DNA of 47,612 bases from Candidatus Blackburnbacteria bacterium RIFCSPHIGHO2_12_FULL_44_25 (GTDB taxonomy: Bacteria > Patescibacteriota > Microgenomatia > UBA8517 > UBA10165), in NCBI GenBank assembly GCA_001816455.1, contig MHCB01000012.1:1-47612 (forward strand), read 5' to 3'. The notes below the pieces were generated by a model. The model did no database searches. It had not been told where the DNA came from and saw only the letters and a program-made list of their open reading frames with translations. How positions within the stretch are numbered: position 1 is the stretch's first letter; every line of letters begins with the position of its first letter. The translations under genes were made by a program, and so were the position numbers. Below are positions 35,901 through 44,850 of this stretch, piece by piece.

Positions 35901-37028
35901 ATGAATATATTAATCCTTTCCTGGCGTGACCCCAAACACCCTCAGGCTGGTGGCGCAGAACAGGTAATGCATGAGCATATGAAAGGCTGGATTGCGGCGG
36001 GGCATACGGTCACCTTCTTTTCCTCCCGTTCTCGGGGATCAAAGGCTGAAGAATGGTTGGATGGCATCAGAATAATTCGCCGTGGTAGCGATTTATTTCT
36101 AGGCGTTCAATTAGAAGCCTTTTGGTGGTATTTATTTACCGATCACGAAAAGTTTGATCTAGTCGTAGACGAATTCCACGGGTATCCTTTTTTCACGCCT
36201 CTTTTCACAAGAATTCCGAAACTAGCGGTTTTACAAGAAGTTGCCCGAGAGGTCTGGTTTTTAAATTACTTACCCTGGCCCTGGCGGTGGATAATTGGCT
36301 TTATTGGATACTGGACAGAACCGTTGGTTTTTTTGCTCTATAAAAAAACTCCATTTTTAGTCGGGTCCCTCTCTGCCAAGCAGGATCTAATGTCTTTTGG
36401 AGTCCCCCAGAAAAACATCTCAATTGTGCCCCACGGCATAATCAAAACTGAAAAACCTGTCAATATACCCAGGAAAGAGGAAAGGAAAACGATAATTTTC
36501 CTGGGTGCACTTACCACCGACAAAGGAATTGAAGAAGCGCTGGAAGCTTTTGGAATTCTGCAGAAAAAAGGCAACTACAACTTTTGGATTGTCGGTAGAG
36601 GTGAACCACTGTACATAAAAAAACTTAAAAATGGATGCAAACGTCTAGGGGTTATAAATAACACCACTTTCTTTGGTTTTGTAAGCCAGAAGAGGAAATT
36701 TCAATTACTAGGGCGTGCACATATTCTTATTAACCCCTCAATTCGGGAAGGTTGGGGCCTCGTGAATATAGAAGCAAATGCCATGGGTACGCCCGTTGTT
36801 GCCTACAAGTCTCCTGGGCTCGTGGATTCTGTAAACGATGGGAGAAGCGGTTTACTTTGCAAGGAAAACACGCCAAAAGATATCGCAAAGATGGTAACAA
36901 TGTTGCTTGAGAACAACAAATTATACACAAATCTTCAAAAGGGTGCTGTTGAATGGTCAAAAAGGTTCAGTTGGGAGAAGTCAAAAAAGCTTAGCTTAGA
37001 CTTGATAGAAAGAATAGATGAAAATTAA
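35901..37028 (+). CDS. GT4 (GT-B fold) glycosyltransferase
   Basis: 375 aa. MNILILSWRDPKHPQAGGAEQV...INPSIREGWGLVNIEANAMGTPVVAYKSPGLVDSVNDGRSGLL. Confidence 0.85.
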   Translation: MNILILSWRDPKHPQAGGAEQVMHEHMKGWIAAGHTVTFFSSRSRGSKAEEWLDGIRIIRRGSDLFLGVQLEAFWWYLFTDHEKFDLVVDEFHGYPFFTPLFTRIPKLAVLQEVAREVWFLNYLPWPWRWIIGFIGYWTEPLVFLLYKKTPFLVGSLSAKQDLMSFGVPQKNISIVPHGIIKTEKPVNIPRKEERKTIIFLGALTTDKGIEEALEAFGILQKKGNYNFWIVGRGEPLYIKKLKNGCKRLGVINNTTFFGFVSQKRKFQLLGRAHILINPSIREGWGLVNIEANAMGTPVVAYKSPGLVDSVNDGRSGLLCKENTPKDIAKMVTMLLENNKLYTNLQKGAVEWSKRFSWEKSKKLSLDLIERIDEN

Positions 37029-37932
37029 AAAGACAATATCGTTTATTTTAGTAGTTCTCCTTTTTATTTTTTTGTTTTGGAAAATATTTACGGACTTTGA
37101 CCAAATAAAAAACATTCAATGGAAACTTGATACAAAAGATACAATTTTATTGTTAGCAACACTCCTTCTCGGGCCATTTGTGAATACAATCTCCTGGCAT
37201 TTATATACAAAGGCGTTAGGAGGAAATATCAGCTTCCTCGACAACTCAAAAATCTGGACCATTTCAAACGCCGCACGATTTATTCCTGGAAGCATATGGC
37301 AATATGCCGGACGTGTCTATTTGCTGTCTCAAAAGGGCGTGAGTAAAACTTTTACAACAACAGCACTCGTCCTGGAGGCATTTTTCAATATAGGGGGAGC
37401 GAGCGTGATTGTACTTCTTGCGTTAAAATTGTTTCCCTTAAACATTCCCATTTATATACAGAAAGGTCTTTTTCCGCTTGTCATTTTTTTGTGCATAGTG
37501 CTTATTCTACTTACTGGCAGTAGGGTGAAATTTATTGAGAAGACAATTAGAGAATTACTCAAAAACGATAGTCTAAAAATAAACAAAATCCAAAAGAGGT
37601 GGCTTCCATTAATAGCAATTAGTGTTTTTACGCAATTCTTGCTTACAGGACTTTCGCTTTATTTTATTAGCTTAGGCTTAGGAGTTAATTCCTCAGCAGG
37701 AGTAATACCATATATTGGAATTTATGCGGCGTCCTGGCTTGTGGGGTATCTTACTTTTTTGGCTCCATCAGGCTTAGGCCTTAGAGAGGCCTCCATCGCT
37801 GGGCTGATGAGCCTTTATGTTCCACTTGCTCTCGGAAGTTTGATAGCAATTCTGTTCCGGCTTGCAACTCTTGTGAGCGAGGCAATAATGATTGCTGTTA
37901 TTTTTGTGTTAACTCGAAAAAAGTCCCCTTGA
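37018..37932 (+). CDS. UPF0104 / LPG-synthase-TM (MprF flippase-domain-like) membrane protein
   Basis: 304 aa with about 8 TM helices. RFIPGSIWQYAGRVYLL...YAASWLVGYLTFLAPSGLGLREASIAGLM. It is a paralog of the partial gene at the window end. Confidence 0.7.
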   Translation: MKIKKTISFILVVLLFIFLFWKIFTDFDQIKNIQWKLDTKDTILLLATLLLGPFVNTISWHLYTKALGGNISFLDNSKIWTISNAARFIPGSIWQYAGRVYLLSQKGVSKTFTTTALVLEAFFNIGGASVIVLLALKLFPLNIPIYIQKGLFPLVIFLCIVLILLTGSRVKFIEKTIRELLKNDSLKINKIQKRWLPLIAISVFTQFLLTGLSLYFISLGLGVNSSAGVIPYIGIYAASWLVGYLTFLAPSGLGLREASIAGLMSLYVPLALGSLIAILFRLATLVSEAIMIAVIFVLTRKKSP

Positions 37933-37967
37933 ACTTATTTAACAGCACGTCTATACTATTCAAACAA

Positions 37968-38501
37968 GTGAAGAAACTATCAAGCCTCATAATAAGCACA
38001 CTATTTCTTTTTGCGGTAGTATCCCCCGCAAGTGCACAGGAATCCGCAACTCACTCAGCAGATACGCCAATAGATTCATATACTCTTTTCTGGCCCCTCT
38101 CTCCGGGAAAAACAGAAGGCAATAAGCTTTATTCTTTAAAAATACTTAAGGAAAACGTTCTTGGCCTATTTGCTTTTAATGAATCTGAAAAGGTTGATTA
38201 CCAAGTAATGCTTGGAACAAAAAGGATACTTGGGGCAGAAAAACTTATTAAAGAGAACAAGCCTGATATGGCAAAGAAAACTCTTAATAGAGCAAGTAAT
38301 AACTTTTCTAAAGCTTACAGTTTGGCCAAGTCCGCAGCAGACAGAAGAAAGTTTAATGCAAGCAAAGTAAGAAGAGATAGGCTAATTAATGTAAAAATCT
38401 TAATTGACTCTCTGAAGGCGTCTGCCCCAAGCGACTTAAGCAATGATCTTGATATGGCTAAGAACAACGCACAAAGACTGCTTGCAGACTATTTGCCTTA
38501 A
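37968..38501 (+). CDS. Secreted protein of unknown function (signal peptide; helical, DUF5667-like pattern)
   Basis: The track start is TTG 37929. GTG 37968 gives MKKLSSLIISTLFLFAVVSPASA/QES, a classic signal peptide. Then YTLFWPLSPGKTEGNKLYSLKILKENVLGLFAF...KVDYQVMLGTKRILGAEKLI. Confidence 0.5.
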   Translation: MKKLSSLIISTLFLFAVVSPASAQESATHSADTPIDSYTLFWPLSPGKTEGNKLYSLKILKENVLGLFAFNESEKVDYQVMLGTKRILGAEKLIKENKPDMAKKTLNRASNNFSKAYSLAKSAADRRKFNASKVRRDRLINVKILIDSLKASAPSDLSNDLDMAKNNAQRLLADYLP

Positions 38502-38518
38502 GATTATTATTTTGTAAC

Positions 38519-40651
38519 TTAATTTTCGAAACTAAGAACGCGAAGACTAATATCCGGAAGCTCACAAGGATAATTTTTAGGAGCGACAAGTTTTATATAT
38601 TGGGCTTCCTCTCCTGGAAAAAGAAAAACAAAGTCAGCACCATAGCCCGCAATCTCCCTTTCTCCGAAATTGTTTACGCTTTCATCTTTTTGAAAAAACT
38701 GATTATTGTCTCTGGAGGTATAAACAGCTGCGCCTATCAATTTATCCTTGCATTCAGTTGACGGAAATGAGAACGTCAACGCCTTAAGCTTCTTAATTTC
38801 GTAAAGTGAAATAAGGACTTCTTTTTTGCCTTCCCTAACAGAATATGTTCTCTTGAACTGTTGAGGTGTGGCTGTCAAATCCAGACCTTCCTTAAGGTGT
38901 TGCTTGTCATTCTTCCATATTTTTAATATTGGAACACCGTCAACCTTTACTGAATATATCTCATTTAGAAAATTATCCAAATATTTCTGTCTAAAAGTAT
39001 CCCCAAACATATCCTGCCCAACAATAAGCAGCATTTGGTACTCTTCTTCTTGGTTATAACCACTTCTTGAGCCATTGGAAAAGTCAATATCTTCTCGAAG
39101 AGATAGGCGTGATATGTTTTGTGCGTTTCCAGTAACTAACGCAATTCGCGCTCTTGGCTCCGCATTCTTATTTAGCCACTTTATACCCTGAAGGTATACG
39201 TTACCGTAAGTATTGCCATATCCTGGAAAGTCACGAGCTGCAGCGCCCTTCAGGCCTCCAATAAACGAATTAAAATAGACGTTCTGGTTGGGATGTATTT
39301 CTTTTAACTCCCAAAGAATGGGTACAAAACACAGAACGATTAAAAACGACGCAAGTTTTTGCGGGACAATTTTTGCCAAAGAATTTCTTAAAAACAATGC
39401 CCCAACGCCTGCTATCATTCCCATGGGGGCAATAAATTCAATAATTTGCCTGAGTCCTCCATATATGTTGGTTATCGAAAGAGTTACCCTAAGAATTGTG
39501 AAGTAAAATAAAGTAAGCCAAAGAACCGTTACATAGTTTTTTTCTTTGAATTTGAATATGGCAACGATTGTTCCTATAAAAAATAAGACTAAAGAAACAG
39601 GGGGCATCGTGTATAGCAAATACCGTAAAGAGATCGTTTGTGTACACTTAGTAAACCAGGGAATTGTGAGATACGAAAAATTACACGTAGACCCACCAAT
39701 ATCCTTGTAATACGTCAAAACTTCATAAAGGCGATGGATTGGAGAATTCCACAATGCAGGCCAAGCTAAAAAGAAAACCGTAAATACAATTAGGGGGTAG
39801 GCCAGAAGCGCAAATAATACTTTCTTAGGATATAGAGTTAGAATCGAGTTAAGAAGTCTCCCAAATGATAACTTTTTCTTTGATAGCTTTTGCCTTACTT
39901 GTGCGCTGCTATAAAGAATAACCCAGGGCAATAGAATGAAAGGAGCAAATACAAAATTAAGTTTAGTACCAAAAGAAGCACCTCCGGCAAGAGCAGAGAT
40001 TAATATATAAAACACATTTTTTCTTGTCAGCCCCAACCAGAAAAAGTAAAGAGAGGTTATGAAAAAAGCAGCCATTGGGGGATCTTTAACGTTTAAGTGT
40101 TGCTCAGCAAAAAGAAGCGGAAAGGTATAAACAGTTAACGCAGCGACCACCGACGCAAAAGTACCGAATGTATTTTTTACCCAAATTGAAACAATTAAAA
40201 CAAGTAAAAATGTTGTTATTACGCTATAGAGATGGTAAGCGGGAACATCTTCAACTAAGCCCAGGCTCTTGAAAAAGACACCATTACTTACAGCAAGCAT
40301 TATATCGCTGAATGCTGGGTGGCCATAGGTCGTCTGTGCAACCCGACTATTAAAATCTAAAAGGTGACTTTCATATTCGCTGACCCTAACTTTCCTATGT
40401 CTATCACAGACCTCACCGGTAGCCAAATCTATGCGAGAGTTTAGGTTATATTCACTTTTACAAAGACTGGGCAAATCAGAATAGTCAGTCTTGCCAGATA
40501 GAATATATCGCAAATATGCCTGTCCTCGGGCAAAATGAATCGGGGAATCCCAATTCATTCCGTAGTCATATATAGTTGCAAGCGATAAAACAAAAAGTAG
40601 TACGGGTGCAAGAAGATAACCAAAGCGACGTATCACATTAGATTTTACCAT
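38519..40651 (-). CDS. GT-C membrane glycosyltransferase (GT39/PMT_2-like) with a C-terminal beta-rich extracytoplasmic domain; 710-aa paralog A
   Basis: 710 aa. YDYGMNWDSPIHFARGQAYL...HPAFSDIMLAVSNGVFF...NVKDPPMAAFF...HPNQNVYFNSFIGGLKGA...GNTYGNVYLQGIKWLNKNAEP...VKVDGVPILKIWKN. About half the residues match 42718-44850 over the stretches I aligned by eye. Confidence 0.7.
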   Translation of the reverse strand: MVKSNVIRRFGYLLAPVLLFVLSLATIYDYGMNWDSPIHFARGQAYLRYILSGKTDYSDLPSLCKSEYNLNSRIDLATGEVCDRHRKVRVSEYESHLLDFNSRVAQTTYGHPAFSDIMLAVSNGVFFKSLGLVEDVPAYHLYSVITTFLLVLIVSIWVKNTFGTFASVVAALTVYTFPLLFAEQHLNVKDPPMAAFFITSLYFFWLGLTRKNVFYILISALAGGASFGTKLNFVFAPFILLPWVILYSSAQVRQKLSKKKLSFGRLLNSILTLYPKKVLFALLAYPLIVFTVFFLAWPALWNSPIHRLYEVLTYYKDIGGSTCNFSYLTIPWFTKCTQTISLRYLLYTMPPVSLVLFFIGTIVAIFKFKEKNYVTVLWLTLFYFTILRVTLSITNIYGGLRQIIEFIAPMGMIAGVGALFLRNSLAKIVPQKLASFLIVLCFVPILWELKEIHPNQNVYFNSFIGGLKGAAARDFPGYGNTYGNVYLQGIKWLNKNAEPRARIALVTGNAQNISRLSLREDIDFSNGSRSGYNQEEEYQMLLIVGQDMFGDTFRQKYLDNFLNEIYSVKVDGVPILKIWKNDKQHLKEGLDLTATPQQFKRTYSVREGKKEVLISLYEIKKLKALTFSFPSTECKDKLIGAAVYTSRDNNQFFQKDESVNNFGEREIAGYGADFVFLFPGEEAQYIKLVAPKNYPCELPDISLRVLSFEN

Positions 40652-40663
40652 TTTCTAAGTAAC

Positions 40664-40692
40664 TTGCACCCTTACCGTCAAAATCCTACAAT
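40664..40692 (+). promoter_or_regulatory. Sigma70-like promoter candidate, TTGCAC-N17-TACAAT
   Basis: TTGCAC at 40664-40669, a 17-nt spacer, and TACAAT at 40687-40692. It sits in the 75-nt divergent gap, 35 nt upstream of the ATG at 40727. Confidence 0.4.
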
Positions 40693-40726
40693 CGTGGAAT
40701 GGGCTATTGGTTAGCAAAAGAATCAT

Positions 40727-41506
40727 ATGATTAAGAAAATAATGAAAAAAGTCTGGATTAGTTTCTCCGAAAAACTCGGAACAAGCATTATCCATCCGCA
40801 ATTTTTACTTATTAAATTCCAAAAAGAAGGAATCGAAACAGCAAAGAAATATGCAAAAGGTAAGCTTCTTGATATTGGTTGCGGCCGGATGCCATACAGA
40901 AAAGCATTTCTACCTTTTGTGGATTCCTACACTGGTGTCGATCATCCCGAAATTTCGAGTCTCTATTCTTCAGATATAAAACCCGATGTACTTGCAGACG
41001 CAAAAGAACTTCCCTTTCCCAAAAATACTTTTGACATTGCGTTAATGTTTCAAGTTTTAGAACATGTAGATTCACCAGACAAAGTTATAAAGGAGGCGGG
41101 TAGAATTTTGAAGCCAAACGGAATACTTATTATTACCGTGCCATTTTTTTATCCTCTACATGACATGCCCCATGATTGGGGAAGGTATACAAGCACTGCA
41201 CTTAAGTCTTACGTCAAAGAGGCATCGTTAAATATTGTCAAAATAAAAGCAAATGGAAGCTTCTTTCAATTTTGGCTTCAGTCTTTGAACACGTTTTTGG
41301 TTAAACGAATAAACGACATGTTATCCGATAAATTAAGTTTCAAATCAGCATTTATTGTTCCTGTTGCAGTTATTTCGGTTCCAATAATCTTAGTAAATAA
41401 TTTACTAATAGTTTTGGTCGGCTTATTGTCAGGAGTATTCCCAGAATATCCCAACTATTTTCCCTTAGACTACCTTGTTGTTGCGAAGAAAACTTCTAAA
41501 GCATAA
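40727..41506 (+). CDS. Class I SAM-dependent methyltransferase with a C-terminal membrane anchor
   Basis: 259 aa. LLDIGCGRMPY; LPFPKNTFDIALMFQVLEHVDSPDKV...LKPNGILIITVP. The C-terminal hydrophobic stretch is FIVPVAVISVPIILVNNLLIVLVGLLSGVF. Confidence 0.85.
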   Translation: MIKKIMKKVWISFSEKLGTSIIHPQFLLIKFQKEGIETAKKYAKGKLLDIGCGRMPYRKAFLPFVDSYTGVDHPEISSLYSSDIKPDVLADAKELPFPKNTFDIALMFQVLEHVDSPDKVIKEAGRILKPNGILIITVPFFYPLHDMPHDWGRYTSTALKSYVKEASLNIVKIKANGSFFQFWLQSLNTFLVKRINDMLSDKLSFKSAFIVPVAVISVPIILVNNLLIVLVGLLSGVFPEYPNYFPLDYLVVAKKTSKA

Positions 41507-41510
41507 AAAC

Positions 41511-42734
41511 ATGAGCAAAACGACAAAAGTCTTAGTATTAACAAGCTCCTTCCCAAGGCATAAAAACGACTGGTGGCAACGCACAATCTTATGCATTTAT
41601 AGCAATATGGATTTGAAAAAATATTCCGTTACTGTTGTTGCTCCGACTGGGCCAGACTCATTAATTTCAGAGAAAATTGATGGAATAAATGTTAGAAGGT
41701 TCAATTATTTCTATCCAAGATCCCTACAAGTTCTTACGTCAGGAGAGGGCATACTTTATAGCAGCAAGAAAAATAAAATGTTGGGTAGGATCCAGATGTT
41801 TACTTTTATTCTTGCTGAATTCTTTACAGCTTTAAGGTTGTTGACGCAGGAAAAGTTCGACATCATACATGCAAATTGGATTATTCCTCAAGGATTTATA
41901 GCAATTATTTTAGGATTTATTTTCCAAAAGAGAGTAGTAATAACAGTACATGGCACAGATGTTTTTGCTCTGAAGAAATTAAACTTTATTAAAGCCTTCA
42001 TTCTCAAGCATTGCGATCTGTGTACTGCAAACAGTTCGGCTACTAGAGACGCCGTAAAAGAAATATATCCAAAAGCAAAAGTAGAAATAGCATACATGGG
42101 AGTTGATATAAAATTATTCAATCCACTTAAACGTAACAAATTGTGGATGGACCGATTTGGGAGTAACCCAAAAATAATTTTAGGCGTAGGAAGATTGATT
42201 AAATGGAAAGGCTTTGAATATCTCATAAAAGCATATGCCCTAGTTTTAAAGTCGATTCCAAATACAAAACTAGTTTTAATTGGCAAAGGTCCAGAAGAAG
42301 AAGCCTTAAGAAAGTTGGCAAAGAAACTAGATCTTGAAGAAAACGAAGATGTATTTCTTATGGGAACATTTGGTCCAGATAAATTGCCTATGATTTACGC
42401 ATCAAGTAATTTAGTCGTTTCACCATCAATAACAATTGCCAAGACGGGAGAAAAGGAAGGCCAAGGGAATGTTGTACTAGAAGCACGTGCTTCAGGAATT
42501 CCTGTGATAGCAAGTAGGTCAGGTGGTCTTATCGATACGGTTGACGGAGAAAAAAATGGGCTTTTATTTGAGGAAAGAGACTACAAAGAGCTTTCCAAAA
42601 AAATTATTTCGGTTCTTTCAAATGATACGTTAAGAAAAAATCTCTCCAAAAACGGATTGACATATGTAAGAGAGAACTTTTCTTGGGAAAATACAAGTTC
42701 AAGATTTTGCAAGCTGTATGATGAAATTCTCTAA
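41511..42734 (+). CDS. GT4 (GT-B fold) glycosyltransferase
   Basis: The track ORF starts at 41475; ATG 41511 gives MSKTTKVLVLTSSFPRHKNDWW. GVGRLIKWKGFEYLIKA...EKEGQGNVVLEARASGIPVIASRSGGLIDTVDGEKNGLLF. Confidence 0.85.
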   Translation: MSKTTKVLVLTSSFPRHKNDWWQRTILCIYSNMDLKKYSVTVVAPTGPDSLISEKIDGINVRRFNYFYPRSLQVLTSGEGILYSSKKNKMLGRIQMFTFILAEFFTALRLLTQEKFDIIHANWIIPQGFIAIILGFIFQKRVVITVHGTDVFALKKLNFIKAFILKHCDLCTANSSATRDAVKEIYPKAKVEIAYMGVDIKLFNPLKRNKLWMDRFGSNPKIILGVGRLIKWKGFEYLIKAYALVLKSIPNTKLVLIGKGPEEEALRKLAKKLDLEENEDVFLMGTFGPDKLPMIYASSNLVVSPSITIAKTGEKEGQGNVVLEARASGIPVIASRSGGLIDTVDGEKNGLLFEERDYKELSKKIISVLSNDTLRKNLSKNGLTYVRENFSWENTSSRFCKLYDEIL

Positions 42735-44850
42735 AAACAGCAAAGGACTTAGCATTCTTATCGTTCCGATTATATATTTAGTCATTGCTGTCTGTACTTT
42801 AAAAGACTATGGTATTAATTGGGACACCCCAAAACACCTTACTCGCGGACAGTCTTATCTTCATTTTATCTTAACAGGCAAACACGACTTTTTAGACGTG
42901 CCACCATACCCTCAAATGAAAGGCGCCCCGGATTATGTTGATAACAATGTCGACCCCCCAACAAGAGGGCAGCCCGCAAAAGAAAATTCCATAGAGGCAG
43001 GAATTCGCAGAAGTTACTTTCAGTCTGACTTTTACACTTTTGATTATTTTATGACCAAACATGAACATACACATCCCGAAGTAAACGGTCTGCTGGCAGC
43101 ATTTACCAACTTTGTTTTTTACCAAAAACTGGGACTGGTAGGGGACATCGAAGCTTACCACCTGTTTATCATATTTTTAACCTTTGCAATTTCCGTAGCC
43201 ATTGCCGTGTGGACCCATAAAAACTTCGGTGTCTTTGCCTCTGTGATAGCCACAAGTTCCATGGTAATGTACCCACTTGTATTTGCAGAATCCCACTTCA
43301 ACGTCAAAGACCCAGTTCTTATGTCGTTTTTTGGTCTTGCGATTCTGACCTTCTGGTATGGTTTTTCAAAAAACAAATCTTCACACATCCTAGTCTCAGC
43401 TGTTCTTGCTGGATTCTCCCTGGGAACCAAATTTAACACCTTTTTCTTGCCGGTAATACTCGCCCCCTGGGCTTTATCTGTCCTGTGGCAAAGATATAAA
43501 AACGCAAAGGCCAAGAAATTTAACTTAACCACTCTTCTCGGAGGGCGCTCTATGTTTATTAGCATGCTGTTCTACCCCATCATTATATTTGGCATTCTTT
43601 ATGTGTTTTCTCCATATTTATGGTCGGATCCTGTAAACCGCTTTCTGGAAATAGTCGGCTTCTACAGGGAAATTGGAAGAAGCACGCCTGGCGAGCAATC
43701 CCAGTTTATAGTAGGCGGTTGGAATACTTACCCATTAGTTTGGATTGCATACACAACACCAATACCAATACTCTTATTGTCCTTTGTTGGATTACCGTAC
43801 TCCGTTTTTTTGTTTGTTAGGAAAAGAAGTGAAACCGCTCTACTTGTGTTGTTGTGGTTTCTGGTGCCGATCTTTCGCGCAATCTGGCCCGGTATGAATA
43901 TATACGGTGGAGTTCGACAAATTATGGAGTTTGTCCCGGCCATGGCAATCCTTGCCGGAATAGGTGCTTTGCTTCTCGTTAGATTGTCAAAAGTTTTTAT
44001 CCCTATTATTGTTTTTTCGCTGATTTTTGTGGGCTACGAACTGTTTGTAATCCATCCCAATCAAAACGTTTACTTCAATCAATTGGTAGGTGGTTTACCT
44101 GGGGCTTACGATAAAAAAATTCCATCCTGGGGTAACTCATACGGCAATATATATCTCCAGGGAATAGAATGGTTAAATAAAAACGCTGAACCAAACGCCA
44201 AGGTTGCTTTGGGATGGAACTATATAAGCGCTATTCCGAGATTAAAATTAAGGCAAGACATATATCTTGATAACGCCTATTGGAGCGGCCCTCGCCATGA
44301 AGGCGAGTATTTAATAGAAACGTATGACAGCAACCCATTACAAGAACGCTATAAATACGCATATTATGAAACATTTCTAGAGCCTGTTTATCAAGTAAAG
44401 GTTGATGGGGTTCCTTTACTCAAGGTTTGGAAAAACTCATTTGAATACTCAAAAGCGGGTTTCGGTAATGAAACCATAATAAAACCCGAGTCAGTACTAA
44501 TAGATGATGTACGAGTCCCTCCTGGTGCCTTTCAAAAGAGGCTAAAAATACAATTCGCAAAAGAGATTTATCTGGCAAAGTTAATTATTGACCATTCTCC
44601 AGACAACTGCGAAGCCCAAAATGGAGTAGGGTTTGTTGAGATTTCCCCAGACGGCAAAAACTGGACAAGAGACCAAAGTCCGCTTATCGATACAGAGGCA
44701 CCCTACTTAACCCCAGACATGGACGAAAACACTTTCGTTTTTATGTTTCCAGCAAAATTAGCCAGCGGAATTCTTCTTAACTCTGAAAGAGAGACTCCGT
44801 GTATTTTGAAAGACTACAAAGTCACAGTTTGGGGATCAAAAGGACAATGA
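42718..44850 (+). CDS. GT-C membrane glycosyltransferase (GT39/PMT_2-like) with a C-terminal beta-rich (discoidin-like?) domain; 710-aa paralog B
   Basis: 710 aa. KDYGINWDTPKHLTRGQSYL...HPEVNGLLAAFTNFVFY...NVKDPVLMSFF...HPNQNVYFNQLVGGLPGA...GNSYGNIYLQGIEWLNKNAEP...VKVDGVPLLKVWKN. The tail is FVEISPDGKNWTR...FVFMFPAKLASGILLN...KVTVWG. Confidence 0.7.
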   Translation: MMKFSKNSKGLSILIVPIIYLVIAVCTLKDYGINWDTPKHLTRGQSYLHFILTGKHDFLDVPPYPQMKGAPDYVDNNVDPPTRGQPAKENSIEAGIRRSYFQSDFYTFDYFMTKHEHTHPEVNGLLAAFTNFVFYQKLGLVGDIEAYHLFIIFLTFAISVAIAVWTHKNFGVFASVIATSSMVMYPLVFAESHFNVKDPVLMSFFGLAILTFWYGFSKNKSSHILVSAVLAGFSLGTKFNTFFLPVILAPWALSVLWQRYKNAKAKKFNLTTLLGGRSMFISMLFYPIIIFGILYVFSPYLWSDPVNRFLEIVGFYREIGRSTPGEQSQFIVGGWNTYPLVWIAYTTPIPILLLSFVGLPYSVFLFVRKRSETALLVLLWFLVPIFRAIWPGMNIYGGVRQIMEFVPAMAILAGIGALLLVRLSKVFIPIIVFSLIFVGYELFVIHPNQNVYFNQLVGGLPGAYDKKIPSWGNSYGNIYLQGIEWLNKNAEPNAKVALGWNYISAIPRLKLRQDIYLDNAYWSGPRHEGEYLIETYDSNPLQERYKYAYYETFLEPVYQVKVDGVPLLKVWKNSFEYSKAGFGNETIIKPESVLIDDVRVPPGAFQKRLKIQFAKEIYLAKLIIDHSPDNCEAQNGVGFVEISPDGKNWTRDQSPLIDTEAPYLTPDMDENTFVFMFPAKLASGILLNSERETPCILKDYKVTVWGSKGQ

